Of a stretch of DNA of 64,000 nt, positions 28,575 to 38,367 are shown in pieces. The position numbers and the translations under genes were made by a program. Under the pieces are notes generated by a model. That model was not told where the DNA came from. It ran no database searches and was given only the letters and a program-made list of their open reading frames with translations. Each line of letters begins with the position of its first letter. The stretch's first letter is position 1. This DNA is from Nostoc sp. DedSLP01 (lineage in GTDB: Bacteria > Cyanobacteriota > Cyanobacteriia > Cyanobacteriales > Nostocaceae): positions 32,001 to 96,000 of the forward strand of contig JAVRCJ020000001.1 of the NCBI GenBank assembly GCA_034530875.2, read 5' to 3'.

Positions 28575-31493
28575 CTAATTTCTACCAGCCAGATTCGCTA
28601 CTGCTTTCACCAAATCGGTTGGCTCAATCGGCTTAGATAGATGCAATTGAAATCCAGAGTTTAATGCTTGCTGCCTTTCTTCATCTTTAACATAAGCTGT
28701 GAGTGCAGCAGATGGAATCTGCCCACCTTCACAAGCAGGTAGAGCGCGAATTTTTTGTAGCAATGAATAACCATCTTCCAATGGCATCCCGAGATCGCTC
28801 AACAAAACATCTGGTTGCCATTGCCTAAGTACTTCTAGCGCCTGGGCTGCTGATGTTACTGCTTTGACATCTGCACCGTTAGCTGATAATACCATAGTCT
28901 GATAATTGAGTGTATCGGCTTCGTCGTCTACAATTAGCACTTTTAATCCAGCTAATGTAGGTAAATTTACAAATGGATCGCTATTATTGTTTGATACTCC
29001 ACGCTGTGGAACTCGCCCAGGTAATAGTACGGGTATTTCACTAGGTAGGTTTACTGTAAATTTTGCACCTTGATTTTTACCAGCGCTTTCTACGCGGACT
29101 GTACCGCCATGCAGTTCAACAATATGATAGACGATTGCTAAACCCAGCCCTAAACCACCATAAGCTCTAGTAATTGTGGCATCAGCTTGGCGAAAGCGCT
29201 CAAAGACAAAAGGCAGAAATTCCGCTTCTATGCCGATACCTGTATCGCTGACAGTAATTTCTACATGGGAATTAACTCTATCCAACTGCACTTGGATGCG
29301 TCCGCCTGTGGGGGTAAATTTAATCGCATTCGATAATAAATTCCAGATGACTTGCTGTAATCGCCCTAAATCGCCTTTAACTGTTTCGACTCTGGGATCT
29401 AATAAACATTCCAATTGAATTTGCTTGGCATCAGCTACGGGACGAACTGATTCAATTGCTGTTTGGACAATTGGAGCAATTTGCAGGGATTCCATTTTTA
29501 ACTTCAGTTTGCCCGTAATAATGCGCGATACATCGAGTAAATCTTCAATTAGCTGTGTTTGCAATTTAGCATTGCGCTCGATTGTTTCTAAACCTTTGAT
29601 TTTGGTCGCTTCATTGATGCGATCGCCTCGTAGTACGATAGACCAACCAAGGATGCCATTGAGGGGCGATCGCAATTCGTGGGAAACTATCGCTAAAAAG
29701 TCGTCTTTCATACGGTTGGCTTGCTGCAACTGCTCGGTTTGTCGTTGCAAAGAAGCCATGAGTTCGGAGCGATGCATGGCGATGGCAATTTGGTCGCATA
29801 TTGTTTGCAGTAAGGCGATTTCCTCTGCTGTTAAACTAGAACGGCTGCGGCTGCCAAAAGATAGAGTCCCTTTCACTTTCCCTCTCACCCGCAACGGCTG
29901 ACAAGAATAAGTTTGGATGCCGATGGAACGCACAAGTTCAGTTTTTTCGTCTGTGATTTGTTGGATATTAGCGATCGACATTTGATAGCCTTCTAATGCC
30001 ACAGTACCGCATACTTTTTGGCCTAATTCCAACCACTCAATTTCTTGAGCAAGTTCTTCACAAATCCCACCCGCAGATGCCAAATGCAACATCTGCCTTT
30101 GTTCATCAACTAAGTAATTGAAGTAAGTATCCAACCCAAGGGGTTGAAGTTTGGCAAATAAATTTTTAATTAGTGCTAGTGGTTGTTCGCTTGATAATAG
30201 TTCGCTGGTTGTTTCTGATAGCAGTTGCAGCCTTTGGGTACGCTCAGACAGTGCTTGTGTACGGTCTCGCAGCTTCTTTTCCGTGCGCTTGAGATGGGTG
30301 ATATCTGATACCGCAACGCCAATTCCTAATATTTCTCCATCTTTTGTATAAACTGGATAGTAGTTTGCCAAAGCGTGTTGTTCGCCGCGCTCGGTGGCTT
30401 TTGTTTCTCCGCTAATTTCTATATTGTTAATTGCTTCTCCAGTATCCAACACTTGGCGCATCAACGTTTCTACTTGATTTGCAAACTCTGGTAGAAACTC
30501 TTGCATTGTCCTACCGATGGTCTCGGTTAAAGACACGCCATTGACCCCTGCAATATATTGATTCATCCGCAGGCAGCGTAATTCTTTATCAAAGAAAGCT
30601 AAACCAACAGGGGCGCTGGCTAATAATGTATCTAGCAATGCTAACGATTCATCAGCTTGTTTGCGGGCAAGTTGCTCGCGGGCGAGGATTTCGGCTTTTT
30701 CTGCTTCTGCCCGTTTGGATTCGCTGATATCTCGGGAAATGCCGAGGATACCAAGCGTATTTCCCTTCTCATCAAGATACGGTGTTTTTGTCGTTGAATA
30801 TGTTTTAGTAATACCTGAGGCTGTAACGGTTTCTTCGTATGTCCTAGAAGCACCTATACAGAGGATATGGCGATCGTCTGCAATAATTTTTTGTGCTGAG
30901 TCAGGTGCAAATAATTCTGTATCCTTTTTACCAATAATGTCTGCTACTTGCTTGCCAATAAAATTAGCTCCAGCAGAATTAATTAATAGATAATTACCTT
31001 GAATATCTTTGACAAAAATAGCATCGCTAATGCCTTCAATCACAGCATTGACCAGAGAGTGACTTGTTCGTAATTCTTCCGCCATTTTGCGTTCTGTCAT
31101 GTCCCGCGTCACTTTTGCAAAACCGCACAGATGGCCATTATTGTCTCGTAATGCTGTAATTACCACATTTGCCCAGAAATACGAGCCGTCTTTGCGAACC
31201 CGCCAACCTTCATCTTCAATCCGACCGTAATTTTCTGCGAGTTTTAGTTCCTGTTGGGGTTTACCTCGCTCAATATCTTCCGAACAATAAAAACGCCCAA
31301 AATGTTGGCCGATAATTTCTGCTGCTTTATAGCCTTTAATGCGTTCGGCTCCAATATTCCAACTAATAATATATCCTCCAGGATTGAGCATAAAAATTGC
31401 GTAATCCTGTACGCTTTCTACCAATAAGCGAAAGCTTTCTTCACTTCGATCTAAAGATTCTTGAATTTGAGTATTTAAGCCTAATGAAGCCAT
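28575..31493 (-). CDS. Hybrid sensor histidine kinase (3 PAS, GAF, HisKA, HATPase, REC)
   Basis: SHELRSPL, QVIWNLLSNAIKF, GGLGLGL, SDLGMP. Confidence 0.95.
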   Translation of the reverse strand: MASLGLNTQIQESLDRSEESFRLLVESVQDYAIFMLNPGGYIISWNIGAERIKGYKAAEIIGQHFGRFYCSEDIERGKPQQELKLAENYGRIEDEGWRVRKDGSYFWANVVITALRDNNGHLCGFAKVTRDMTERKMAEELRTSHSLVNAVIEGISDAIFVKDIQGNYLLINSAGANFIGKQVADIIGKKDTELFAPDSAQKIIADDRHILCIGASRTYEETVTASGITKTYSTTKTPYLDEKGNTLGILGISRDISESKRAEAEKAEILAREQLARKQADESLALLDTLLASAPVGLAFFDKELRCLRMNQYIAGVNGVSLTETIGRTMQEFLPEFANQVETLMRQVLDTGEAINNIEISGETKATERGEQHALANYYPVYTKDGEILGIGVAVSDITHLKRTEKKLRDRTQALSERTQRLQLLSETTSELLSSEQPLALIKNLFAKLQPLGLDTYFNYLVDEQRQMLHLASAGGICEELAQEIEWLELGQKVCGTVALEGYQMSIANIQQITDEKTELVRSIGIQTYSCQPLRVRGKVKGTLSFGSRSRSSLTAEEIALLQTICDQIAIAMHRSELMASLQRQTEQLQQANRMKDDFLAIVSHELRSPLNGILGWSIVLRGDRINEATKIKGLETIERNAKLQTQLIEDLLDVSRIITGKLKLKMESLQIAPIVQTAIESVRPVADAKQIQLECLLDPRVETVKGDLGRLQQVIWNLLSNAIKFTPTGGRIQVQLDRVNSHVEITVSDTGIGIEAEFLPFVFERFRQADATITRAYGGLGLGLAIVYHIVELHGGTVRVESAGKNQGAKFTVNLPSEIPVLLPGRVPQRGVSNNNSDPFVNLPTLAGLKVLIVDDEADTLNYQTMVLSANGADVKAVTSAAQALEVLRQWQPDVLLSDLGMPLEDGYSLLQKIRALPACEGGQIPSAALTAYVKDEERQQALNSGFQLHLSKPIEPTDLVKAVANLAGRN

Positions 31494-31585
31494 TTTTATT
31501 ATAAGTTTTAACTCTCAAAATTTTTTTCAATTAACAATAGCACCAAATGTCCGTACCTATAACATTTGATAGATGTTTAGTCTTA

Positions 31586-31681
31586 TATAGCGCTTCTCAA
31601 TTGAGTAAAATACGCCAATTCGTAGGGGCTTTACAGTGTAAAGCCCCTACAGCGTATTGCATCCAAACGAGAATCGCTATA
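31586..31681. mobile_element. Small REP-containing element (intact host of the CATT-MITE insertions)
   Basis: TIR TATAGCGCTTCTC / GAGAATCGCTATA around hairpin GTAGGGGCTTTACA-G-TGTAAAGCCCCTAC (31622-31650). Confidence 0.7.
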
Positions 31682-32176
31682 GTTATTCGTCAAATAAGGC
31701 TGCCGGCTGTAGACCGATGAAACCTGTGTTGAGCGAACTCAACAATTAAAAACTAACAAATCGTAGCTTTTTGTGGAGGCTAGTACCAAGAGTGCTTTCA
31801 AAGCAGAATGTATAAAAATATACTTTTCTGCTTAGACCCTAGATCCTAGTTTCCATCGGATTTCAAACTGCGATCGCATAAAAATTTTTCATTAGACATT
31901 TTATTTTCTGCTCCCTAAAATTGCTCTTTCAACGTCTTACACTTTTCTTGCAGCTCTTATATACGAAAAAATACATGCATTTTTGTAGCCTTTATATCTT
32001 AGGAAAGAAATAAAGGCCTGAAGATGGCAACAAATCTTTAAGTCCCTTCCCCTTACCCGCTTTCCTACCAATTCCCTAAATCACATACATCCGTATTATT
32101 TCTGACTTTGTGTAGCGATTAAAGAGTGATAATAATGAAGAATGTTATACGTAAGCATCTTGTTTGGATGCCACTC

Positions 32177-32422
32177 ATGAAAATTTTGTTGGTAGAGGAT
32201 GACGTTTTAGTTAGCACTGCACTAGTGGAATTGTTAGAGGCAAATCACTACACTGTTGACTTAGCCAACAATGGGCAAACTAGGCTAGATTTAGCAATGT
32301 CGTCTGAATATAGCTTGATTTTGCTCGATTGGCTAATTCCAAAATTAGATGGGATCGGTCTGTGTCGAGAACTGCGATCGCTGTGGGGCATAGCCCATTC
32401 TGACTCCGGAATTCTGCGGTAA
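32177..32422 (+). pseudogene. Truncated response regulator (N-terminal part of REC only)
   Basis: MKILLVEDD...LILLDWLIPKLDGIGLCRELRS, then similarity stops at HIP1 32374-32381. Confidence 0.75.
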
Positions 32423-32672
32423 AATTTAGCCTTTGAACAAGTACTTTAATTTTAAAGTTATTACTAATCATCAATTATCAAGTTCAATTCTATTTATCTT
32501 CTTGCTAATTTGTAATAATATTAAAAATCTGATTTATTTTACGTGTAGATACAAATATAGTTCGCATTAGTCTGTTTTTTATCCCCTCTGTTTACCGTTC
32601 CCTGTGAAGAGTTTTCTTACTTGAAGAGAGGAACTTTGTTAACCCAAACGTATTGGTTGAAATACAGCAAAT

Positions 32673-35600
32673 ATGATGAAAAATTTCACAGTTCAGCCAA
32701 AATTAAAGTTGAGGGCAATAAAAAGAACTTTGCACAAAAATTATCAAAAATCCATTACAAAAGAAATGGTATTGTCAAAGCATATATCAGCCACAGACTT
32801 GATAGCATTTGACCGCTTACAGACTCCCATTTGGATTTACGATATTGAGAAATTGCAGATGTGGTGGGCGAACAAAGCGGCGCTTCATATTTGGAACGCT
32901 CAAAGTCGAGAAGAATTGCTCAATCGCAACTTCAGCGATGTTTCTGAACCTACTCGCATTTCGCTACAAACTTATCTCCAAGAGTTTGAGCAAGGTAAAA
33001 CCATTGCTGAAAACTGGACATTTTATCCACAAGGTAGACCTGTTTGTGTTCGCTGTCTGTGTTCTGGGATTGAAATTCAACCAGGGCGAATGGCGATGCT
33101 GGTTGAAGGTACGCCAGAAGTTGCTAATCAGATTGAGCGAAAAACACTGCGGTCAATTGAAGCAATGCGTCATACCACGGTGATGATCTCGCTTTATACG
33201 ATAGATGGCGTACCGTTAATGCAAAACCCCGCAGCCTTGAGCTGTTATGGAAATATCCTGCATCTGAACTCGTCAAGCGAGAATACTTTTTTGGCACACT
33301 TTGTTGACAAAAATGTTGGGCTTCAAGCTATCGAAGCGATTAATTCAGGTGAAATTTTTAGTGTTGAAACCCAGGTGTTGACAAACCAGGGCATTCGCTG
33401 GCATGAGATGGATATACGACGCACCATCGATCCGATAACGGGTAAGCCTACAATCCTCGTCAACGAAAAGGATATTACCAAGCAGCAAATTGCACTAGAA
33501 GAACGCCAACGTGCAGAAGACGAGTTACGCTGGCAAGAAGCTTTGTTGCGTTCTATGACAGAGACTTCTTTACTGGGATTCTTTGTGGTTGACAATCGCA
33601 CCGATGAAATTCTCTATTTCAATCACCGCTTTTGTAAAATTTGGGGCATTGAACATTTAGAAACTCAAATGCGCCAAGGCGCTTTAAAAAATAATGACAT
33701 TATTCCTGAATGTATGCGGTTGGTTGCGGATTTACCAGCATTTATAGAATCTTGTAAACCATTACAGTCTAAAGAAAATTGCACCGTAGTTGAAGATGAA
33801 ATTTTATTTGTTGATGGGCGAACGATTCGACGTTTTTCTAGCCAAATTCTGGATAGCCAAGATAAATATTTTGGACGGCTATACATTTTTGAGGATATCA
33901 GCGAACGGCAAGCCGCGCTGTGCGAACGCAAGCAGTTAGAAAAATCCCTGCGTTTGGCTGATTACTCTTTTGAAAGTATTGGTATTTGTGCAACTTGGGT
34001 AGATAAAAATGCCCGGATTTTGCGCGTCAACAATGCCTCTTGTCAAAGTTTGGGTTACTCCCGTGCTGAGTTAGAATCCATGCACGTTTATGATTGCGAT
34101 CCTAATTTTCCCAAGTCAGCATGGCCAGAACATTGGCAAGAGCTAAAAAAACACAAACATCTGACGTTTGTTTCGCAACATCAAACAAAAGATGGGCGGC
34201 TTTTGCCGATGGAAATCACTATTAACTATGTAGAGTTTGATGGCGAAGAATATAATTTTGCCATTGCCCGAGATATTAGCGATCGCCTCCAGACGGAAAC
34301 TGCACTCAAAGAAAGTGAAGAACGCTATCGTTCTGTAATTACAACCTTGGCAGAAGGTATTGTTTTGCAGAAAGCCGACGGAGAGATTACTGCCTGTAAC
34401 GACAGCGCCCAAAGAATTTTAGGGTTAACAACCGATCAAATGATGGGGTTAACTTCTATCGATCCGCGATGGCAAGCTATTCACGAAGATGGTTCCGCTT
34501 TTCCAGGCGAAACCCATCCTACTATTGTCACCTTACGCACCGGACAACCCCAATTTAATGTAGTTATGGGAGTTTACAAACCTGATAGCAGCCTGTCGTG
34601 GATTTCAATTAATTCTCAACCACTGTTTAAACCAGATGAATCAAAACCTTATGCAGTGGTTACCTCGTTTACAGATATCACACCCTGCAAACAAGCTCAA
34701 CTGACATTACAACAGCAGGCTCAACGGGAACGCGTGATTGCTGCCATCGCTGTGCGTATTCGTCAGTCCTTAGATTTGAACGAAATTTTGAACACAACTG
34801 TGGCCGAAGTCAGACAATTTCTGCAAAGCGATCGCGTTATTATCTACCGCTTTAACCAAGATTGGAGTGGTGTAGTTCTCACAGAGTCAGTAGCTAAAGG
34901 TTGGCTGCCGATTTTAAATATGGAACTGACAGACTCCTACTTTATCAACAATCAAGGAAAGTTCCAGCCGCAGGGAATAATTAAAGTCACTCCAGACATT
35001 TACACCGCAGGATTGAGTGCTTGTCACGTGCAGTTATTAGAAAAATTGCAAGTCAGAGCCAAGCTAGTCGTATCGATTTTACAAGGCGATCGCCTTTGGG
35101 GACTGTTAGTGGCGCATCATTGCAGCGCCGCGCGTGAGTGGCAAGCTTGGGAGAGCGAATTACTTCAGCAATTGGCAACGCAAGTGGCGATCGCCATTCA
35201 GCAATCAGAACTTTATCATCAATTACAGCTTGCCAACCAGCAACTTGAAAATATAGCGATGGTCGATCAATTAACTCAGATTGCCAATCGTCGGCGTTTT
35301 GATAGCAAGTTGGAATGTGTATGGAAATATCTTTTACGCGAACAAGGTTGTGTCTCACTACTGTTATGTGACATTGATTATTTCAAACAATACAACGATA
35401 CCTACGGACATGCCGCTGGAGATGAGTGTTTGCGCCTTGTTGCCCAAGCTTTACAACAAAGCGTCAAACGTTCTACAGATTTAGCTGCTCGTTATGGCGG
35501 AGAAGAATTTATAGTGATTTTACTGAATACTGATAGTGACGGGGCTTCTCTAGTTGCCCAAAAAATTCATCAAGCTATTAAACAGCTAAATATCCCTCAT

Positions 35601-35753
35601 GCTGCGTCAACTGTGAAGCAATACGTCACATTAAGTATTGGAATTGCCACCGTCATTCCTACGCCTGACATGGTTCCTTTGGATTTGATTGAGAAAGCAG
35701 ATCGAGCGCTTTACCAAGCGAAAGCACAAGGACGCGATCGCTCTTGTAAGTAA
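32673..35753 (+). CDS. Multi-PAS / CBCR-type GAF / GGDEF diguanylate cyclase
   Basis: Several PAS domains; GAF with DSYF and ACHV; DIDYFK.YND.YGH..GD; RYGGEEF. Confidence 0.93.
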   Translation: MMKNFTVQPKLKLRAIKRTLHKNYQKSITKEMVLSKHISATDLIAFDRLQTPIWIYDIEKLQMWWANKAALHIWNAQSREELLNRNFSDVSEPTRISLQTYLQEFEQGKTIAENWTFYPQGRPVCVRCLCSGIEIQPGRMAMLVEGTPEVANQIERKTLRSIEAMRHTTVMISLYTIDGVPLMQNPAALSCYGNILHLNSSSENTFLAHFVDKNVGLQAIEAINSGEIFSVETQVLTNQGIRWHEMDIRRTIDPITGKPTILVNEKDITKQQIALEERQRAEDELRWQEALLRSMTETSLLGFFVVDNRTDEILYFNHRFCKIWGIEHLETQMRQGALKNNDIIPECMRLVADLPAFIESCKPLQSKENCTVVEDEILFVDGRTIRRFSSQILDSQDKYFGRLYIFEDISERQAALCERKQLEKSLRLADYSFESIGICATWVDKNARILRVNNASCQSLGYSRAELESMHVYDCDPNFPKSAWPEHWQELKKHKHLTFVSQHQTKDGRLLPMEITINYVEFDGEEYNFAIARDISDRLQTETALKESEERYRSVITTLAEGIVLQKADGEITACNDSAQRILGLTTDQMMGLTSIDPRWQAIHEDGSAFPGETHPTIVTLRTGQPQFNVVMGVYKPDSSLSWISINSQPLFKPDESKPYAVVTSFTDITPCKQAQLTLQQQAQRERVIAAIAVRIRQSLDLNEILNTTVAEVRQFLQSDRVIIYRFNQDWSGVVLTESVAKGWLPILNMELTDSYFINNQGKFQPQGIIKVTPDIYTAGLSACHVQLLEKLQVRAKLVVSILQGDRLWGLLVAHHCSAAREWQAWESELLQQLATQVAIAIQQSELYHQLQLANQQLENIAMVDQLTQIANRRRFDSKLECVWKYLLREQGCVSLLLCDIDYFKQYNDTYGHAAGDECLRLVAQALQQSVKRSTDLAARYGGEEFIVILLNTDSDGASLVAQKIHQAIKQLNIPHAASTVKQYVTLSIGIATVIPTPDMVPLDLIEKADRALYQAKAQGRDRSCK

Positions 35754-35854
35754 GCGGACGCTTATTTAAAGCTAAATTTACACATTGGCAAAAAAGCTAC
35801 GTCTTTGGTTTTAATATGGATAGCTTTGCGCTTGTCATTTTACCCAACAAACTC

Positions 35855-36091
35855 TTAGGATTCGCTAGCTTCTCCCAAACGCTCGGGATTTTGTACTCCA
35901 ATTAATCGATTCCAAAGTTGATAGCTGACCTCACTCTTAGGTACATACCAGTTGTTATCGGTAGCTTCCATACCACCCATTGCTGTAAACTCCTGACGTT
36001 GTGGGTCATTCAGGTCAAGGTACTTCGCGCCTTGCTCCAATCGGCTGCCAACTGCTAAAAGAGAGAATTTAAACTCTGTTCCCCACAGCAA
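35855..36091 (-). pseudogene. Probable 3' fragment of a conserved hypothetical protein
   Basis: Protein-like GSRLEQGA.YLDL.DP.RQEFTA.G.MEA...NWYVPK.EV.YQLWNRL, but no convincing start. Confidence 0.5.
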
Positions 36092-36440
36092 AAGTGTCGA
36101 TCGCTTCTTGAGATATTAGTCTATAGATAGATTTTATTCCCAATAAAAACTGATGCTATTTGTGAAGAAGAAGGGAAGGGAAAAGTATATAAACTAGGAG
36201 CGATACGAATATTTCTAGGTTTAGCGATCGCTCTTTAATTTATCTCATTTTTCAGTGCAATTTTTATCACATTTGAAGGGGGATTATTTCTCGCTAAATC
36301 CCAAAAGCATCAATTTTTTGAAGAGGCGTAAAAATAATAAAATCGAAAAATCTTCTTTAGAATTTCGTATTTGTAGAGTTTTCTAACCTAGTATTAACCA
36401 GAAGAATTTTTTAATCGATTTTGAGAGAAACAACTCCTAT

Positions 36441-36728
36441 TTAACAATATTTGGTTGCATCTTCACCGCAGACATCAACTAAATACAACAAGCACTTAAA
36501 ACGCAGACCAACTACCTGTTCGTAAAGAGGGTTAAGTTTACACAAAGGTGGAATCTGAAAAAGTGTCCGACCTAAAATTTTCACAGTTCTTGCAAAAGGA
36601 CATTGGGAGGGAATAATTTTACACAAGAGTCTGGCTAGGTCAGAATTATGTATTTCTACAGCGTCAAGCTGATATCGAAGTTGGTCTAATAAAGTGTTAT
36701 TTAAGCTGGCTTGATTTAATAAGTTCAT
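36441..36728 (-). CDS. Mo-nitro_C small protein, copy 2
   Basis: Paralog of 28085-28372; C-terminal 36 aa identical. Confidence 0.9.
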   Translation of the reverse strand: MNLLNQASLNNTLLDQLRYQLDAVEIHNSDLARLLCKIIPSQCPFARTVKILGRTLFQIPPLCKLNPLYEQVVGLRFKCLLYLVDVCGEDATKYC

Positions 36729-37011
36729 AACTCAAATCTCTCTGCATAAATCTTTTCTGCTTTAAAGATACAACTATGACCAGAGAAAAACATGGTAGAA
36801 TTACGAAACTATTTTTCCTATTTTGGAAAATCAATTTAAATATCAGTAATCTTGCTTAAGAACGCGTACAAGTACTTAGTTACGACCGATTTATAAAGTG
36901 CGATCGCTGTCTTAATGTCTTGACATCAAGTCCTGGTAATTGCTGATGATGACAGTGGAAACCCATCAATGTCAGTTCATAGAGGTACATGGGTAGGGGC
37001 TTTACAGCTGT

Positions 37012-37199
37012 CATTGGTGTCAACTTAAGCTCAAACGCTTATCACACAGACGTTTCACCCCACCCCCAACCCCTCCCCTTGCCAAGGGGAGGGGCGGTTT
37101 TGGCTTTAGACAAAACCGGGGTGGGGTAACGCTTGATGGTAAGTGAGATAGCTCAATATCACATCTTTACAAGGGTTTCACGTTAAGTTGACACCAATG
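37012..37199 (+). mobile_element. MITE with CATTGGTGTCAACTTAA TIRs, inserted in a REP hairpin
   Basis: Perfect 17-bp TIR CATTGGTGTCAACTTAA / TTAAGTTGACACCAATG; preceded by GTAGGGGCTTTACAGCTGT. Confidence 0.88.
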
Positions 37200-37231
37200 T
37201 TCTGTACCTTACCCATGCGGGAACCGCTATA

Positions 37232-38050
37232 TTATTTACTTTCTTTCATTCCAAAGGTGCGCCGGAAAAGCGACTTCATCAAACTAGGAGATAAGTTATA
37301 AATTGCGTGCCAAAGGTTTGTTGTACCGACAAGAACTTCAGAACGCTGGTCTTTAACTGCACTCCAAATTGATTTGGCTACATCTTCTGGCGTTTCCAGT
37401 ACGGGAGTATGAACTGCTGTATTTACCAATTCTGAACGTGCGTTAGTAGTTTCTTCATCTTGACCGCGAAAAATTGCTCGTTCCATCAGTTGAGTCCTGA
37501 TAAAGCTAGGATAAATACCGCTAACGTGAATACCTTTAGGTGATAATTCTGCGTGTAGCGATTTTGTTAACCCAGTTATGGCGTACTTGCTAGTTGTATA
37601 AGGAATTTGGTAAGGAATTGCTTCTATCCCACCAATAGAACTGACATTGACAATGGTTCCTTTACCGCGCTCTAAAAAATGCGGCAGGATAGCATTAATA
37701 GTATGGATATAACCCCACAAATTAGTATCAATTATTTGATGCCAATCATCTAAGCTAAAATCTTCCACAGGCCCTAAGCCAAATATGCCTGCATTATTAA
37801 TTAATACATCTACACCATCGAAGCGATGTATTGCCTTTTGAATCAAATCGTTTACTTGTAAAGGATCTCTCACATCAACAGAAATGGCGATCGCTTCTTG
37901 TCCCATTTCCCGTATTTCAGCGGCGGTAGCTTCTAAGCGATCGAGTTGGCGAGCTGCCAATACAATATTATAGTCGTGACGCGCAAATAATAATGCTGTG
38001 GCTTTGCCAATGCCTTGAGATGCGCCTGTGATAATTACTGTGTTAGTCAT
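37232..38050 (-). CDS. Short-chain dehydrogenase/reductase
   Basis: TGASQGIG, NNAG, YTTSK. Confidence 0.95.
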   Translation of the reverse strand: MTNTVIITGASQGIGKATALLFARHDYNIVLAARQLDRLEATAAEIREMGQEAIAISVDVRDPLQVNDLIQKAIHRFDGVDVLINNAGIFGLGPVEDFSLDDWHQIIDTNLWGYIHTINAILPHFLERGKGTIVNVSSIGGIEAIPYQIPYTTSKYAITGLTKSLHAELSPKGIHVSGIYPSFIRTQLMERAIFRGQDEETTNARSELVNTAVHTPVLETPEDVAKSIWSAVKDQRSEVLVGTTNLWHAIYNLSPSLMKSLFRRTFGMKESK

Positions 38051-38073
38051 TAATGTCCGTTATTTTTAACTAA

Positions 38074-38313
38074 TTACTGCTGGTTTTTAATTTCTTGAAG
38101 TAACTCCTCATCAGAGTAATTTTCCTCCCATTTGTCTTTTAGCTTTAGCCGCACAGACTGCGCGCCGCCACTGGGAGTACAAACAACCCAATAAGTATTT
38201 GCTTCGTCTTTGACTCGAGCTGCATCTTCAGCTTCTGCGCGATCGGAAAGACCTGAAAATGCTTGAATACAAGTCCACGTAATTCCATCTGAATCTTGAA
38301 TTTCTCTTTCCAT
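38074..38313 (-). CDS. hypothetical protein (79 aa)
   Basis: Compact ORF between cytochrome and SDR genes in the same orientation; WTC...VVCTPSGG motif. Confidence 0.75.
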   Translation of the reverse strand: MEREIQDSDGITWTCIQAFSGLSDRAEAEDAARVKDEANTYWVVCTPSGGAQSVRLKLKDKWEENYSDEELLQEIKNQQ

Positions 38314-38367
38314 ATCTGTTTTAAATAAGGGAGTGGGGAGTGGGGAATAAGGAGTGGTGTTGAGTAG

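Noticed and set aside
29176..30993. Plus-strand ORFs inside the hybrid kinase (and similar antisense ORFs elsewhere)
   Set aside because: Antisense shadows of long genes with no motifs
31690..31800. Possible c-di-GMP riboswitch or ribozyme near the signalling genes
   Set aside because: Only a short GTTGAG-CGAA-CTCAAC hairpin; GEMM and hammerhead core motifs are not present in order
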